Positions 63,760-64,000 of a DNA stretch of 64,000 nt are shown in pieces (the stretch's first letter is position 1; every line of letters starts with the position of its first letter). The notes below the pieces were generated by a model that was not told the origin of the DNA, did no database searches, and saw nothing but the letters and a program-made list of their open reading frames with translations. A program made the position numbers and the translations under genes. Origin of the DNA: Anaerolineales bacterium (GTDB lineage Bacteria; Chloroflexota; Anaerolineae; Anaerolineales; UBA11579); the NCBI GenBank assembly GCA_035446285.1, contig DAOMSJ010000002.1, positions 9,369 through 73,368 on the forward strand, given 5' to 3'.

Positions 63760-63910
63760 CTCAATCCTTGCGGCGCACTACTCCCGGGACGGCTTGCCCG
63801 TCCTCAATGCTACGCGGCGCATATCAATCCCTAGACGGCTTTCCCGTCCTCAATGCTACGCGGCGCACACTAATCTCTGGACGGCTTGCCCGTCCCGATG
63901 CGCCGCAACC
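63760..63910. repeat. three tandem 43-46-bp units plus a partial fourth, each holding the hairpin GGACGG-n5-CCGTCC
   Basis: Units at 63760-63802, 63803-63848 and 63849-63894 (CTCAATGCTACGCGGCGCA..GACGGCTTKCCCGTC). The third unit and the partial fourth cover the stop and last ~12 codons of the upstream permease gene. Confidence 0.8.
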
Positions 63911-64000
63911 ATTCACTGAACAGCAAAATCACCACAGACACCATGATAACCACCGCGGCCGTAGTTACCGCCAGCGGCAGGCGGCTGGGGAAGCGTAACT
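63870..64000 (-). CDS. ABC importer permease, C-terminal fragment (5' part outside the window)
   Basis: Own translation: ..LRFPSRLPLAVTTAAVVIMVSVVILLFSEWLRRIGTGKPSRD*, with TAG at 63870-63872. Identity comes from context (upstream of the PotA-like gene) and the final TM. Confidence 0.45.
   Translation of the reverse strand, partial: LRFPSRLPLAVTTAAVVIMVSVVILLFSEWLRRIGTGKPSRD

Noticed and set aside
63760-63894. Possible CRISPR array
   Set aside because: The units are directly tandem with no unique spacers between them. They are only 43-46 bp, number three, overlap a CDS end, and no cas genes are nearby.

Overview
This is 64 kb of a high-G+C bacterial chromosome. Gene content fits a Chloroflexota-like organism, but that is weak inference only. 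CDS coordinates include the stop codon. ORF-track starts were trimmed where a better start codon (ATG, or GTG/TTG in two cases) sits 3' of the track start.

Layout:
- **1-14.6 kb:** a visibly AT-richer surface-glycan island. It holds a WecA-like priming transferase, several glycosyltransferases (GTs), an AsnB-type amidotransferase, a CDP-hexose cassette with a C-methyltransferase, Wzx and a methyltransferase. It ends 1 nt from tRNA-Leu(UAA).
- **14.7-19.5 kb:** housekeeping genes (PHP phosphoesterase, PsuG, L,D-transpeptidase, PCu(A)C).
- **19.5-27.2 kb:** a caa3-type cytochrome oxidase operon with assembly genes (fused CtaA-CtaB, SURF1, SCO1).
- **27.3-32.3 kb:** Bcp, a UbiA-family prenyltransferase, DinB, proline dehydrogenase and a serine hydrolase.
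- **32.5-38.4 kb:** a siderophore-type iron ABC importer with a FhuF-like reductase, divergent from hemH.
- **40.5-42.2 kb:** a small AT-rich restriction-modification islet next to tRNA-Arg(UCG). Its endonuclease frame is broken.
- **42.3-52.1 kb:** mgtE, pckA, a four-helix-bundle gene cassette, a D-amino-acid-oxidase-like gene (DAO), EamA, rpsU, PolX and GNAT.
- **52.1-60.9 kb:** a phage-type structural module (scaffold-like, DUF5309/SU10-type major capsid, large tail-like proteins, small membrane proteins). It has no portal, terminase, integrase or replication genes.
- **61-64 kb:** membrane paralogues and a PotA-like ABC importer.

The most interesting unexplained signal is a dispersed family of heptanucleotide-phased intergenic tracts. 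There are at least 8 loci, some sharing exact 12-14-mers 5-40 kb apart. They bracket the four-helix-bundle cassette and punctuate the phage-like module.

Other notable points:
- Three independent frame breaks are each repaired by adding one base, so they are probably assembly indels.
- The FhuF-like and permease genes overlap by 211 nt out of frame.
- Three unrelated proteins carry Lys/Ala/Thr-rich N-terminal tails.

No rRNA, CRISPR array or transposase was seen.
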